A DNA stretch of 64,000 bases, taken from contig CAVSNY010000007.1 in the NCBI GenBank assembly GCA_963729605.1, positions 32,001-96,000 on the forward strand, in the 5' to 3' direction. This document shows, piece after piece, positions 51,544 through 61,913 of this stretch. This DNA comes from an uncultured Gammaproteobacteria bacterium. Lineage in GTDB: Bacteria; Pseudomonadota; Gammaproteobacteria; DRLM01. Numbering within the stretch: position 1 is the stretch's first letter; every line of letters starts with the position of its first letter. The notes beneath the pieces are model-generated. The model did not search any database, had not been told where the DNA came from, and saw nothing but the letters and a program-made list of their open reading frames with translations. Made by a program: the position numbers and the translations under genes.

Positions 51544-54402
51544 ATGATAGACCGTGGTAAACGCTCGCCACAGCCAGATCACAGCACACCCTCAGCCGCC
51601 GAGCACCTTTTGTTAGAGTGCATCCGGCGCGCGCAGCAGCAATATATCGACGCCCGCGATGCCCGCGACTTGTTCAATGAATTGCTCAACAATTTTCTGG
51701 AACTGACCGAGAGCGGCTTCGGTTTCATCGCCGAAATCCGCCACGACGAAAACGGCGTGCCCTTTCTCAAGAGCCGCGCCCTCAGCAACATCGCCTGGAA
51801 TAAGGCCACCCGTACGCTGTATCAGCGCCACGCCTTGCAGGGCATGGAGTTCCGCAAACTCGACTCCTTGTTCGGCGCGGTGATCACCAGCGGCGAGGCG
51901 CTGATCGCCAACGATCCGCAACACGACCCGCGCCGCGGCGGCACGCCCAAGGGTCATCCGGCCCTGGACTGTTTTCTGGGGTTGCCCTTGTCGTACGGCG
52001 GCCGGCTGATCGGCATGGTGGGCTTGGCCAACCGGCCGGGCGGTTACGATCACGCCTTGATCGATTATCTCGCCCCGCTGCTGGAGACCACCGCCACCTT
52101 GATCAAGGCCTATCACCATCAAGTCCAACCCGCCGGTGCGGAAAACGGCTTGCTGGAAACCCAGGCGTCGTTGCAGGAACAACTCGCCGCGCAAACCCGC
52201 GAGCTGCGGGACGGCAATAAAAAATTGCGCAAGGAGGTCAAGGAACGGCAACGGCTGGAAGCGGCCCTGCGCGACGTGGCGGCGGCGGTCTCGGCCAGCA
52301 CCGGCGATCGATTTTTTCGTTCGCTGGTGGAGGCGCTCACCCGGGTGTTGCGGGTGGATATGGCCTTCATCAGCGTGATGACCGGCGAGCGGGCGAGCGC
52401 CGAGATCATCGCCTTGTGCGATCGGGGCACCATCATCAGCAATTACCATTACCTCCTCGCCGACACGCCCTGCCAAGACGTATTGGAAGGCCGACCGAAT
52501 TATTTTCCCCGCGACCTGCGCCGCCACTTCCCTCACTGCCCCTTGGCGGACCAATTCGGACTGGAGAGTTTTCTGGCGGCGCCTTTCTTCGACACCGGCG
52601 GCCAGCCGCTGGGCTTGGTGGCCATCGCCCACCGCAAGGCGCTGAGCGAGCCGCAACCCGCCGAGGCGATCTTGCAAATCTTCGCGGCGCGCATCGCCGC
52701 CGAACTGATCCACCAGCGCGACAATGAAAAAAACCGCAAACTGTCGCTGGCCCTCGAACAAACCGCCGACGCGGTGATGATCACCGACAGCGAGGGCGTG
52801 ATCGAATACACCAATCCCGCCTTCACCGCGATGACCGGCATCCCGGCCGGCGAGGCCCTCGGCAATAAACCCAGCATCGTCAAATCCGGCAAACACGATG
52901 TCACGTTTTACCGCACGATGTGGTCGGTGCTGCTGGCCGATCAGCCGTTTCGCGACATCCTCATCAATCGCAAAAAGAACGGCGAGCTGTACTACGAAGA
53001 AAAAACCATCACGCCCCTGAAAGGCGCGGACGGCGAGATCACTCACTACATCTCCACCGGCAAGGACATCACCGAACGCATGCAGACCCAGGAGCGGCTG
53101 CATTATCTGGCGTATCACGACGTCTTGACCGGCCTGCCCAACCGCCAACTGTTCATGGAGCGTCTCGAACACGCGCTGGCCTCGGCGCGCGGCACCGGCC
53201 GCCAGCTCGCGGTGTTATGCCTCGACGTGGATTGTTTCAAGATCATCAACGATACCCTCGGTCACGAATTCGGCGACCGGGTGTTGAAAGCGCTCGCGGA
53301 ACTGTTGTCCGCGCAAACCGGGCCGGGCGATACGGTGGCGCGTTTGAGCGGCGACGAATACGCGGTGTTGCTGGAAAACATCGCCCATGACACCGAGGTA
53401 CCGCACAAGGTGGGCGCCATTCTGCACACCTTGTCCCAGGCCTTGCGCATCGATGACCGTGAGCTCTACACCACCACCTGCATCGGCATCGCGCTGGCGC
53501 CGGCCGACGGCGGCGACGCGCACACCCTGCTGCGCCACGCCGACACCGCCATGTACCGCGCCAAGGAACAGGGCCGTCATTGTTTTCAATTTTATTCGGC
53601 GGACTTGAGCGCCACCGCCTTCAAGCGGCTGGACCTCGAAACCAATCTGCGCCGCGCGGTGGAACGCGAAGAATTTTATCTGTGCTTCCAGCCGCAGGTC
53701 GATTTGCGCAGCGGACGGGTGATCGGCGCGGAGGCCCTGCTGCGCTGGCGACACCCCGAGCGCGGTCCTGTCAATCCCATGGAATTCATCACCACCCTCG
53801 AAGACACCGGCCTGATCGTGGCGGTGGGCGAGTGGGTGTTGCGCCAAGCCTGCCAACAGGCCACGGCTTGGCGCGGCCGCGACGGCGCGCCGCTGCGGCT
53901 GTCGGTCAACGTCTCCGGCCGGCAATTCCAGCAGCCCAGCCTGGCCGCCAGCCTGCAAGCGATCTTGGCGGAAAAAAATCTGCCCGCCCACGCCCTCGAA
54001 CTGGAAGTGACCGAGAGCGTGCTGATGCAAAACGATCCGGTCACCGAACGCAGCCTGCAGGAATTGCAGGCGCTGGGCATCCGCCTCGCCATCGACGATT
54101 TCGGCACCGGCTATTCGTCGCTCGGCTATCTCAAACGCTTTCCGGTCGACACCTTGAAAATCGACCGCTCCTTCATCCGCGACGTCACCAAGGACAAAGA
54201 CGACGAGGCCATCATCGCCGCGGTGATCGCCATGGCGCGGGCCCTGGAATTGAATGTGGTGGCGGAAGGCATCGAGACCTCGGCGCAACTGCATTTCCTG
54301 CAACGGCAGGGCTGCGACGTCGGCCAGGGTTTCCTGTTCAGCCAGCCCGTCTCGGCGCCGGATTTGAACACCTTGCTCGACTCGGTGTTCTCGGTACGCT
54401 GA
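51544..54402 (+). CDS. GAF-GAF-PAS-GGDEF-EAL c-di-GMP signalling protein
   Basis: GAF (IANDP..DPRRGGTPKGHP..FLGLP), PAS/PAC, SGDEY variant, EAL (AEALLRW, IDDFGTGYSSL, KIDRSF, AEGIE). Confidence 0.92.
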   Translation: MIDRGKRSPQPDHSTPSAAEHLLLECIRRAQQQYIDARDARDLFNELLNNFLELTESGFGFIAEIRHDENGVPFLKSRALSNIAWNKATRTLYQRHALQGMEFRKLDSLFGAVITSGEALIANDPQHDPRRGGTPKGHPALDCFLGLPLSYGGRLIGMVGLANRPGGYDHALIDYLAPLLETTATLIKAYHHQVQPAGAENGLLETQASLQEQLAAQTRELRDGNKKLRKEVKERQRLEAALRDVAAAVSASTGDRFFRSLVEALTRVLRVDMAFISVMTGERASAEIIALCDRGTIISNYHYLLADTPCQDVLEGRPNYFPRDLRRHFPHCPLADQFGLESFLAAPFFDTGGQPLGLVAIAHRKALSEPQPAEAILQIFAARIAAELIHQRDNEKNRKLSLALEQTADAVMITDSEGVIEYTNPAFTAMTGIPAGEALGNKPSIVKSGKHDVTFYRTMWSVLLADQPFRDILINRKKNGELYYEEKTITPLKGADGEITHYISTGKDITERMQTQERLHYLAYHDVLTGLPNRQLFMERLEHALASARGTGRQLAVLCLDVDCFKIINDTLGHEFGDRVLKALAELLSAQTGPGDTVARLSGDEYAVLLENIAHDTEVPHKVGAILHTLSQALRIDDRELYTTTCIGIALAPADGGDAHTLLRHADTAMYRAKEQGRHCFQFYSADLSATAFKRLDLETNLRRAVEREEFYLCFQPQVDLRSGRVIGAEALLRWRHPERGPVNPMEFITTLEDTGLIVAVGEWVLRQACQQATAWRGRDGAPLRLSVNVSGRQFQQPSLAASLQAILAEKNLPAHALELEVTESVLMQNDPVTERSLQELQALGIRLAIDDFGTGYSSLGYLKRFPVDTLKIDRSFIRDVTKDKDDEAIIAAVIAMARALELNVVAEGIETSAQLHFLQRQGCDVGQGFLFSQPVSAPDLNTLLDSVFSVR

Positions 54403-54626
54403 CGCGGCCCGCGCCTTCTCGCTCGCCGCGCGCCTCCCCGTTGAAAAAATCCCCAACCCGCCGCGCAACGCCGGCGCGGCACGCCGTTTTCCCCCCGCAC
54501 CACGCCGCACCATCCGCAAAACACTGAGTGAACAGCACGATTTTTTGGACCTAAAGAATGGTTTTTGGCGTGCCGACAGCATCGACGTCCGAGAGGTATT
54601 TAACACAGATCATCGAGGGGGATGTT

Positions 54627-55121
54627 ATGCACGTGGTAGGGAGTGAAGGGTCGATTGCGGTACGGGGGAAAATTCAGCAAATCTCGCGGCGCGCGGCGCC
54701 CGGTAACCGGACTCAACTTCATCCCCCAGCAGCCGGCATCGCCCGGCGCGGTGAGTCCGGCTTCACCTTGATTGAATTGGTGCTGGTGATCGCGATCCTC
54801 GGCATTCTGGTCACCTTCGCCGTGCCGCGTTTTACCGCCTTGTCCGGCGAGGCGCAAATGGCCGCCACCGAATCCCTGGCCGGCACGCTGGGTTCGGCGG
54901 CGGTGATGAATTTCGCCAAAAAGAAGGCCACGGGCGCCGCCAGGCCGATCATCGCCTGCGAAGGCACCGCCTTATTGCTGGACGAGGGTGCCTTGCCCGC
55001 CGGGTATACGATTGCGTCGAACGTCTTCGGCGGCGATGCCCGCGAGGGCGCATCGAAGAGCTGCAATTTGCAAGGGCCCGATGCCACCCTGGCGAGTTTC
55101 CGCACGATCAAGGTCGATTGA
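54627..55121 (+). CDS. Type IV pilin / MSHA-like prepilin
   Basis: G|FTLIELVLVIAILGIL N-methylation motif, two Cys; GAGGGG RBS; start uncertain. Confidence 0.8.
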   Translation: MHVVGSEGSIAVRGKIQQISRRAAPGNRTQLHPPAAGIARRGESGFTLIELVLVIAILGILVTFAVPRFTALSGEAQMAATESLAGTLGSAAVMNFAKKKATGAARPIIACEGTALLLDEGALPAGYTIASNVFGGDAREGASKSCNLQGPDATLASFRTIKVD

Positions 55122-55166
55122 TCCGATCCTCCATCAAGCCGCTTTACCGTCCACGATCCATTTGGC

Positions 55167-55323
55167 TTAAGGAAGCTCTGAATAATTCCATCCTGGAATT
55201 TTCAGCGCACGGGAATCGAAAATGTGATTTTCGCTTCCCTTCATTTCAATGACTGACACCATTAGAAACGGCGGCACATCCGTGTGCCGCGGGAGCCCTC
55301 TGAATAAATCAGAGGTTCCTTAA
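55167..55323. mobile_element. ~150-bp MITE, second intact copy (opposite orientation)
   Basis: TTAA-GGAAGCTCTGAATAATTCC...TGAATAAATCAGAGGTTCC-TTAA; reverse complement aligns with 45161-45318. Confidence 0.8.
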
Positions 55324-55776
55324 GTGAGCGGCCGGCCGCCGCGCGTCCCAAACTTGACCTCTTCCAAACCGGCCTCGATGACCGCCATCACGCCGCGCGC
55401 TAAATTCCCAGGCTTTTTCCCACTGGACCCTCGCTCGCCTCGAACAAAATTTCGTTGAGAAAACACCCGCACCGTTTAATCGCCAAGACGCGAGATGCAC
55501 CGAGAGAAAATTTCTTCTATGGCTTTCTCAGAAGAAAAATCTTGGCGTGTTTGCGTTTTGGCGGTTTGAGCAAAAATAAATCCGGCGCCCTCGACGGCAA
55601 GAGAAATGCATTGTCCCGCATCGGCAGGCGGCCGTCAGCCCGGCAATGAACAACATCGACATTCCGCGGCGGAATCGCGGCGTTGAATACGCTTGGTTTT
55701 TTCGAAACTGGCGCATTTCCGGCCGCGTTCGGACAACTGGATTTTGAATGGGCCTTTGAAGCTTTGGGGTGTAGTC

Positions 55777-56940
55777 ATGGAAGTTTTTACAAACGATCGG
55801 CGGATGTCCGTACCCGGAACGATAACGATGCAGGGATGGCGCGGACCGCTGCTGATGGTGGGCGCCTTATTTTATTTCTGCTCTTTCTCCACCGCGCAGG
55901 GCGGCCCTCTTTTCAATCCGGGCGGCGCGATCGGCGCGGGACATAGCGAAGGGGTGGCCGTCGCGGACCTCGACGGCGACGGCGATACGGACGCCTTCAT
56001 CGGCAAATTCAACGGCGCCAACGAAGTGTGGCTCAACCGCGGCGACGGCACTTTCGAAAATTCTGGTCAGCGTTTGGGCGACACCTTCACGCGCGGCGTC
56101 GCGCTCGGCGATTTCGACGGCGACGGCGACCTCGACGCCTTCGTCGCCAATTACGGCCAGCCCAGCGGGGTCTGGTTCAACGACGGCAAGGGCCGCTTCC
56201 GCGACGGCGAACAGCGGCTGGGTGAAGATACGATCAGCTGGGACGTGGCGGCTGGCGACGTGGACGGCGACGGCGATCTCGACGGGCTGGTCGCCAATCA
56301 CGGCGGCGGCAATCATCTCTGGCTGAATGACGGCCGCGGCCGTTTCGCGCGCACCCCGGTCGCGCTGGGCGACAGCGCCACCTGGGACATCGTCCTCGCC
56401 GACCTCGATGGCGACGGCGATCTGGACATCTACGAAGGCAATCACGGCCAGCCCAACCTGGTGTGGTTCAACGACGGTAAAGGCAACTTCCGCGACAGCG
56501 GCCAGCGACTGGGCGATTCCCATACCTGGGGCGTCGCGCTGGCGGACTTGGACGGCGACGGCGACCTCGACGCCTATGACGCCAATTGGTCGAACGAACC
56601 GAATCAGGTCTGGTTCAACGACGGTAAAGGCAACTTCCGCGACAGCGGCCAGCGGCTCGGCAAGGAAGACAGCGAGGCGGCGGCCGCCGCGGATTTCGAC
56701 GGCGACGGCGATATCGACGTCTTCGTCGCCAATGGCGCGGGCGGCCAGCTGTGGCTCAACGATGGACACGGGCGTTTCCACAACGCCGGTTTGAATTTCG
56801 GCAAGCGCGACGGCAAAGACGCCGCCGCCGCCGATCTGGACGCGGACGGCGATGCGGACGTCTTGGTGGTGAATGACGGACCGAACGAGCTGTGGATCAA
56901 TCAGCGCGTTCACCCGCGCGGCGCTAAGGGCGCGAATTGA
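55777..56940 (+). CDS. FG-GAP/VCBS repeat protein (seven DxDGDGDxD repeats, probable secreted beta-propeller)
   Basis: Seven ~48-aa repeats, each D(L/F/V)DGDGD.D...W.N; hydrophobic signal-like segment; start uncertain. Confidence 0.85.
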   Translation: MEVFTNDRRMSVPGTITMQGWRGPLLMVGALFYFCSFSTAQGGPLFNPGGAIGAGHSEGVAVADLDGDGDTDAFIGKFNGANEVWLNRGDGTFENSGQRLGDTFTRGVALGDFDGDGDLDAFVANYGQPSGVWFNDGKGRFRDGEQRLGEDTISWDVAAGDVDGDGDLDGLVANHGGGNHLWLNDGRGRFARTPVALGDSATWDIVLADLDGDGDLDIYEGNHGQPNLVWFNDGKGNFRDSGQRLGDSHTWGVALADLDGDGDLDAYDANWSNEPNQVWFNDGKGNFRDSGQRLGKEDSEAAAAADFDGDGDIDVFVANGAGGQLWLNDGHGRFHNAGLNFGKRDGKDAAAADLDADGDADVLVVNDGPNELWINQRVHPRGAKGAN

Positions 56941-57014
56941 ACGCGCATTCGCCCGTTGAATCGCGCCCGTCCGACCCGACGGCGATTTTTGCATCACGAG
57001 AGGCTCGAACCACG

Positions 57015-58532
57015 ATGGCGAAGGTATTGGTCATCTGCGGTCATCCGCGCAAGGACAGTTACTGCGGCGCGCTGGCCGAGGCCTATGCACTGGGCGCGCG
57101 CCGCGCCGGCGTGGATCTGGACATGTTGTACGTGGCGGATCTGCGATTCGATCCTCACGTGCATTTCGTATCACCCAATCAGCAAGTCACCGAACCGGAC
57201 ATCCTCGCCGCGCGCGCCGCCATCCAGGCGGCCACGCATCTGGTCTTCGTTTATCCCAATTGGTGGGGGACGATGCCGGCCTTGCTCAAGGGTTTTCTCG
57301 ACCGGGTCTTGGCGCCCGGCTTCGCCTTTCACGAAGATGAACAACAGCCCGGGCGTTATGTCTCTCATCTTGACGGCCGCAGCGCGGAGTTGCTGGTGAG
57401 CATGGATACGCCGCCGTGGGTGTTTCGCCGCCTGTTTCATGCCCCCGGCGACAACGCGATGCGGCACGCGACCCTCGGCTTCTGCGGGATACGCACCTTG
57501 CGCGCCCGCCATTTCGGCCCGGTGAAACCGGCCGCGCCCGCGCAACGGGATCTTTGGTTGCAAGAGGCCTATAAGGCGGGGGAAGAGATTTTCCTGAATT
57601 TGGAAAAGGCGCGGCGCAAGGCCCGCCGCGCCGCCTGGGTAAAATTGATGCGTCTGCAATTTTATCCGATGACCTTTCTCGCCTACACCATCGGCGCGCT
57701 GGCGGCCGCGCAAGTCGCCGGCCGGTTCGACGCCGGTGTTTTCTGGCTGGGTTATTTATTTATTTTCGTGGTCGAGGTCATCACCGTATTCAGCAATGAA
57801 TACTTCGACTATCCCAGCGACAAGCTCAATCAAAACGCCGGGCCGTTCAACGGCGGCTCGCGGGTGCTGGTCAAAGGCGAGTTGAGTTTCGGCGCGGTGC
57901 GTCGCGCGATCATCATGCTGGCGATCGGCCTGTTGCCGCTCGGTTATTTTTTATTTCAGCGTAACGACGCGCTGACCTCGGCAGACGGTATGCTGATCGC
58001 CGCCATCGCGCTGCTGGCGGTGAGTTACACCGTACCGCCGCTGAAACTGGTATATCGCGGCTGGGGAGAACTCACCGTGGCCGCCACCCATAGCGCATTG
58101 GTGGTGCTGTGCGGTTATGCATTGCAGTCGGGGAGATGGACCGACCCGTATCCCTGGCTGGTGAGTTTGCCGCTGTTCTTCGCGATCCTGCCGTCGATTA
58201 TTTTATCGGCGATCCCCGATTACGCTGCCGACTTCGCCACCGGCAAACGCACCGCGGTAGTGTCCCTCGGTCCGCGCGGCGCGGTCGCCACGGCCATGGC
58301 GTGCACCGCCGGCGCGGCGTTGGCCGCCGTATTTTTACATTGGACGGGATTCTTCCCCGGTCCAGCGGGCTGGTTGATTTATCTGATCTTGCCCCATGCG
58401 GGGTGGCTGCTGCACCGTTTGCGGCGGTTTTATCGCGAAGGCGCGCCATGCCGTCCCATCGACGATCTCATGATGTTGTCCCTCACCTATATCTTGTGGT
58501 TCGTGCTGGTGCCGCTGCTGGTGGTTTGGTAA
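57015..58532 (+). CDS. Flavodoxin-2 NAD(P)H:quinone oxidoreductase fused to a UbiA/MenA-family prenyltransferase
   Basis: [28 protein letters not shown]; then [41 protein letters not shown] with multiple TM helices. Confidence 0.85.
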   Translation: MAKVLVICGHPRKDSYCGALAEAYALGARRAGVDLDMLYVADLRFDPHVHFVSPNQQVTEPDILAARAAIQAATHLVFVYPNWWGTMPALLKGFLDRVLAPGFAFHEDEQQPGRYVSHLDGRSAELLVSMDTPPWVFRRLFHAPGDNAMRHATLGFCGIRTLRARHFGPVKPAAPAQRDLWLQEAYKAGEEIFLNLEKARRKARRAAWVKLMRLQFYPMTFLAYTIGALAAAQVAGRFDAGVFWLGYLFIFVVEVITVFSNEYFDYPSDKLNQNAGPFNGGSRVLVKGELSFGAVRRAIIMLAIGLLPLGYFLFQRNDALTSADGMLIAAIALLAVSYTVPPLKLVYRGWGELTVAATHSALVVLCGYALQSGRWTDPYPWLVSLPLFFAILPSIILSAIPDYAADFATGKRTAVVSLGPRGAVATAMACTAGAALAAVFLHWTGFFPGPAGWLIYLILPHAGWLLHRLRRFYREGAPCRPIDDLMMLSLTYILWFVLVPLLVVW

Positions 58533-58593
58533 GGCGCGCCGCCGTCCGCTTATCGCAAGCATTCATTTGGATTTGAACAGACAGGGGGGTTTT

Positions 58594-59931
58594 ATGCGCG
58601 CAATCATTTCCACACCCTTGCTCGCCGCCGTGGTGAGTCTGACCCTGGTGGCCTGCGGCGAAAAGGCCATCTTGCCGGAAGAGGCGGGCATGGGTCCGCA
58701 ACCCATCTTGCCGCCGCCCAACACCACACTGATACCCACCGTGCATATCGCCCCGGCCAAATCTTGGCCGGCGGGTGCGACGCCGACCGCGGCCAACGGC
58801 CTCGCGGTGAAGATGTACGCGAACGAATTGGATCACCCGCGCTGGCTTTACGTGTTGCCCAACGGCGATGTGCTGGTGGCGGAAAGCAATGCGCCGCCGC
58901 GGCCGCAAGACGGCCAAGGCATCAAGGCCTGGGTGATGAAATGGATGAAGAAACGCGCCGGCGCGGGCGTGCCCAGCGCCAACCGCATTACGCTGTTGCG
59001 CGACGCCGACGGCGACGGCGCGGTGGAAACCCGTTCGGTCTTTTTGAGCGGCTTGAATTCGCCGTTCGGCATGGCGCTGGTCGGCAACGATCTTTATATC
59101 GCCAACACCGATGCCATTGTGCGTTTTCCTTATCAAGACGGCGATACCACGATCGGCGCCGCCGGCGTCGAAATCGCCGCGCTGCCCGCCGGTCCGCTCA
59201 ATCACCATTGGACCAAAAACATCATCGCCAGCCGCGACGGCACGCGGCTCTACGCGACGGTCGGCTCCAACAGCAATGTAGGCGAGAACGGTATGGATAA
59301 AGAAGTGAATCGCGCCGCGATACTCGAAGTCGACATCGCCACCGGACAGACGCGGGTGTTCGCCTCCGGCCTGCGCAATCCCAACGGTTTGGCCTGGCAG
59401 CCGCAGACCGGCGAACTGTGGACGGTGGTCAACGAACGCGACGAGTTGGGCAGCGATCTCGTGCCCGACTATCTCACCTCGGTGAGGGACGGCGGCTTTT
59501 ACGGCTGGCCTTACAGCTATTACGGCCAACACGTCGATACGCGCGTCAAGCCGCCGCGTCCCGATCTGGTCGCCACGGCGATCGCGCCGGATTACGCGCT
59601 CGGCAATCACGTCGCACCGCTCGGGTTGGTTTTCTACGAAGGGGATTTATTACCGGATGCCTATGTCAACGGCGCCTTCATCGGCGAACACGGCTCATGG
59701 AATCGCAAACCGCGCAGCGGTTACAAGGTAGTCTTCGTGCCCTTCGCCGACGGGCGGCCCGCCGGCATGCCGGTGGATGTGTTGAGCGGTTTCGTCAACG
59801 CCGACGGCGACGCACTGGGCCGTCCGGTCGGCGTCGCCGTCGATAAAGCCGGCGCACTGCTGGTCGCCGATGACGTCGGCAATACGATCTGGCGGGTGAC
59901 ACCCGCCATAACCACCGCGGCGCGGCCTTGA
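58594..59931 (+). CDS. L-sorbosone dehydrogenase family PQQ-dependent sugar dehydrogenase (lipoprotein)
   Basis: Lipobox LVAC; [51 protein letters not shown]. Confidence 0.9.
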   Translation: MRAIISTPLLAAVVSLTLVACGEKAILPEEAGMGPQPILPPPNTTLIPTVHIAPAKSWPAGATPTAANGLAVKMYANELDHPRWLYVLPNGDVLVAESNAPPRPQDGQGIKAWVMKWMKKRAGAGVPSANRITLLRDADGDGAVETRSVFLSGLNSPFGMALVGNDLYIANTDAIVRFPYQDGDTTIGAAGVEIAALPAGPLNHHWTKNIIASRDGTRLYATVGSNSNVGENGMDKEVNRAAILEVDIATGQTRVFASGLRNPNGLAWQPQTGELWTVVNERDELGSDLVPDYLTSVRDGGFYGWPYSYYGQHVDTRVKPPRPDLVATAIAPDYALGNHVAPLGLVFYEGDLLPDAYVNGAFIGEHGSWNRKPRSGYKVVFVPFADGRPAGMPVDVLSGFVNADGDALGRPVGVAVDKAGALLVADDVGNTIWRVTPAITTAARP

Positions 59932-60067
59932 TCCAAGGTTTTAAGCAGGTCTTGTACCGGGGAAATCACATGTCTCGCGGCGCGCGACTGTTGGATTAAT
60001 ATTTCCATCAGCTTGACTCCCCGCGTGGAATCGTAAGGGGGCTTGAATAAATCAGTGGCCCCTACGA

Positions 60068-60757
60068 TTAATTCGGCGAAGAGTCGGCGCTCTGATTGGA
60101 GAAGCGCACGCTGTTCGGCGCATTGGTACCCCCGGTAATCACGAAGGTCATGGCCTCTTCCATGGTCCAGTCGGTCATCACCACGTCGGTGAGGGGCAAT
60201 ATCTCGATATAACCGGACGTGGGATTGGGTGAAGTGGGTATGTAAACCGCGGCCAGCTCGCGGCCGGTGTCTTGATCGGTAAATACCTTGGTGACGAAAC
60301 CCACCGCCTTCATGCTGGGCGATGGAAAAGCGACCAGTACCACCCGCTGTCCCGTAACCGGCGGCTGGCGCAAGGTCTGGAGAAACCGCTTGGTGGCGTT
60401 GTAGATGACTTTCACCAGCGGCAGGCGCGCCACCAGGCCTTCAAAATAGTTGATCAGTCTGCGTCCTATCACGAAGGTGGCGAACAGGCCGAGCAGGTAA
60501 AGTCCGATCAGCGTGAACAGCACCGCCAAGGCATATTGCACCGAGGGGTTGATCAGCCAGTCGGCCCCCGCTTCGGAAAAAGGACGGATCAGCCGCGCGA
60601 GCGCCTTCAGCGGAGGCGCGCCGATCTTGGCCAGCAACCCGAACAGGAAATCGAATACCAACCAGGTCACCCACAGCGGCGCCGCGGTAAAAAAACCGAT
60701 GAGAATATGACGCATGAAACGGGGCGTTTTATGCCCGGGGTGGGTGGAATCAATCAT
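60068..60757 (-). CDS. DUF502 membrane protein
   Basis: P.WVT, RLPLVKVIY, VLVAFP, VYIPTSPNPTSGY, EEAM..VITGG. Confidence 0.88.
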   Translation of the reverse strand: MIDSTHPGHKTPRFMRHILIGFFTAAPLWVTWLVFDFLFGLLAKIGAPPLKALARLIRPFSEAGADWLINPSVQYALAVLFTLIGLYLLGLFATFVIGRRLINYFEGLVARLPLVKVIYNATKRFLQTLRQPPVTGQRVVLVAFPSPSMKAVGFVTKVFTDQDTGRELAAVYIPTSPNPTSGYIEILPLTDVVMTDWTMEEAMTFVITGGTNAPNSVRFSNQSADSSPN

Positions 60758-61151
60758 GGCGATCCTTTCGCGGAGCGGGGTCTGACAACGACGGCGGCGA
60801 CGTTGCGGACGGTGTTTCAATTTCCTGGTCTTTCGCCGACGACATGCCGTCGGGCGGCGGCGCCAGCGACTGTAGCTCGAGATGGAGCGCCGCTTTGGCC
60901 AATAAATGAGCGCTTACCGGCGCGGTGATGAACAGGAATAGCGTGATCAGCACTTCATGCAGACTGATGCCGCCGTCCTGCGTGCTGAAATAAAGGGCCG
61001 AGGCGATGAGCAGGCTGCCGACCCCGAGGGTGGTGGCCTTGGTGGGACCGTGCAGCCGGGTGTAGAAATCCTCGAGCCGCGCCAGTCCCAGCGAGCCGAT
61101 GAAGGTGAACGCGGCGCCGATCAGGATGAGCAATGAAAGAAGGTATTCCAT
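60750..61151 (-). CDS. mrpG: Na+(K+)/H+ antiporter subunit G
   Basis: DFYTRLHGPTKATTLG, TAPVSAH. Confidence 0.93.
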   Translation of the reverse strand: MEYLLSLLILIGAAFTFIGSLGLARLEDFYTRLHGPTKATTLGVGSLLIASALYFSTQDGGISLHEVLITLFLFITAPVSAHLLAKAALHLELQSLAPPPDGMSSAKDQEIETPSATSPPSLSDPAPRKDRHD

Positions 61152-61155
61152 GGCG

Positions 61156-61425
61156 CTACTCGATGATGTCGCCGCGCAGCAGATACTTGCAGAACGCGAC
61201 GGTGCCGACGAAACCCATCAGGGCGATCAGCAGGGCCGACTCAAAAAACATCGCGCTGGACAGCTGGATCCCCAGCAGCACCAGCAGCGCAATGGTGTTT
61301 ATGTAAAGCGTATCCAGCGCCAAAATACGGTCCGGCGCGCTGGGTCCGCGCAGCAGCCGCCAGAAGTTCAGGGCGATGGCGGCGGCGACCAAGGTGAAGG
61401 CGATGGTGACGGCGATATTCAGCAT
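61156..61425 (-). CDS. mrpF: Na+(K+)/H+ antiporter subunit F
   Basis: RLLRGPSAPDRILALD. Confidence 0.93.
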   Translation of the reverse strand: MLNIAVTIAFTLVAAAIALNFWRLLRGPSAPDRILALDTLYINTIALLVLLGIQLSSAMFFESALLIALMGFVGTVAFCKYLLRGDIIE

Positions 61426-61913
61426 GTTTCGAAAACCTCTTTCAAGGGGGCTTCATAGCGCTGTTTGATGGTGTCGACCAGCGCATCCGCATCGGCCACG
61501 TCCAGGGCATGAATCAACAGGCTTTTACGATCGGGGGCGAGCTGCGCCGACACCGTGCCCGGGGTCAGGCAAATGGTGTTGGCCAGCAGGCTGATGGCGA
61601 CGTCCGAGGTGAGATCCAGCGGCATCACGATGAAGGCCGGCCGCAGCGCTTGCGGCCGGCCCAGAATGAGCCGCGCCACCGTCACGTTCGCCACCAGGAT
61701 GTCGTACAGCACCACGGCGATGAAACGCAGGGCGGTCAGGGGCCGGCGGATGTGTAACTGTTCCGGCCAAAAGCGCCGGGTGAAAAAGGGGATGGCCCAG
61801 CCCAACAACAGGCCCAACACGAGCTGGCCGAACGCCGCGCTATTGACCAGCAGCAACCAAACGACGGCCAGGGCAAGCGTGAGGAGGGGATGAGGCAGCA
61901 GGCGCCGCATCAT
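61419..61913 (-). CDS. mrpE: Na+(K+)/H+ antiporter subunit E
   Basis: DILVANVTVA, LANTICLTPGT, LLIHALD, IKQRYE; ATGA overlap with mrpD. Confidence 0.93.
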   Translation of the reverse strand: MMRRLLPHPLLTLALAVVWLLLVNSAAFGQLVLGLLLGWAIPFFTRRFWPEQLHIRRPLTALRFIAVVLYDILVANVTVARLILGRPQALRPAFIVMPLDLTSDVAISLLANTICLTPGTVSAQLAPDRKSLLIHALDVADADALVDTIKQRYEAPLKEVFETC

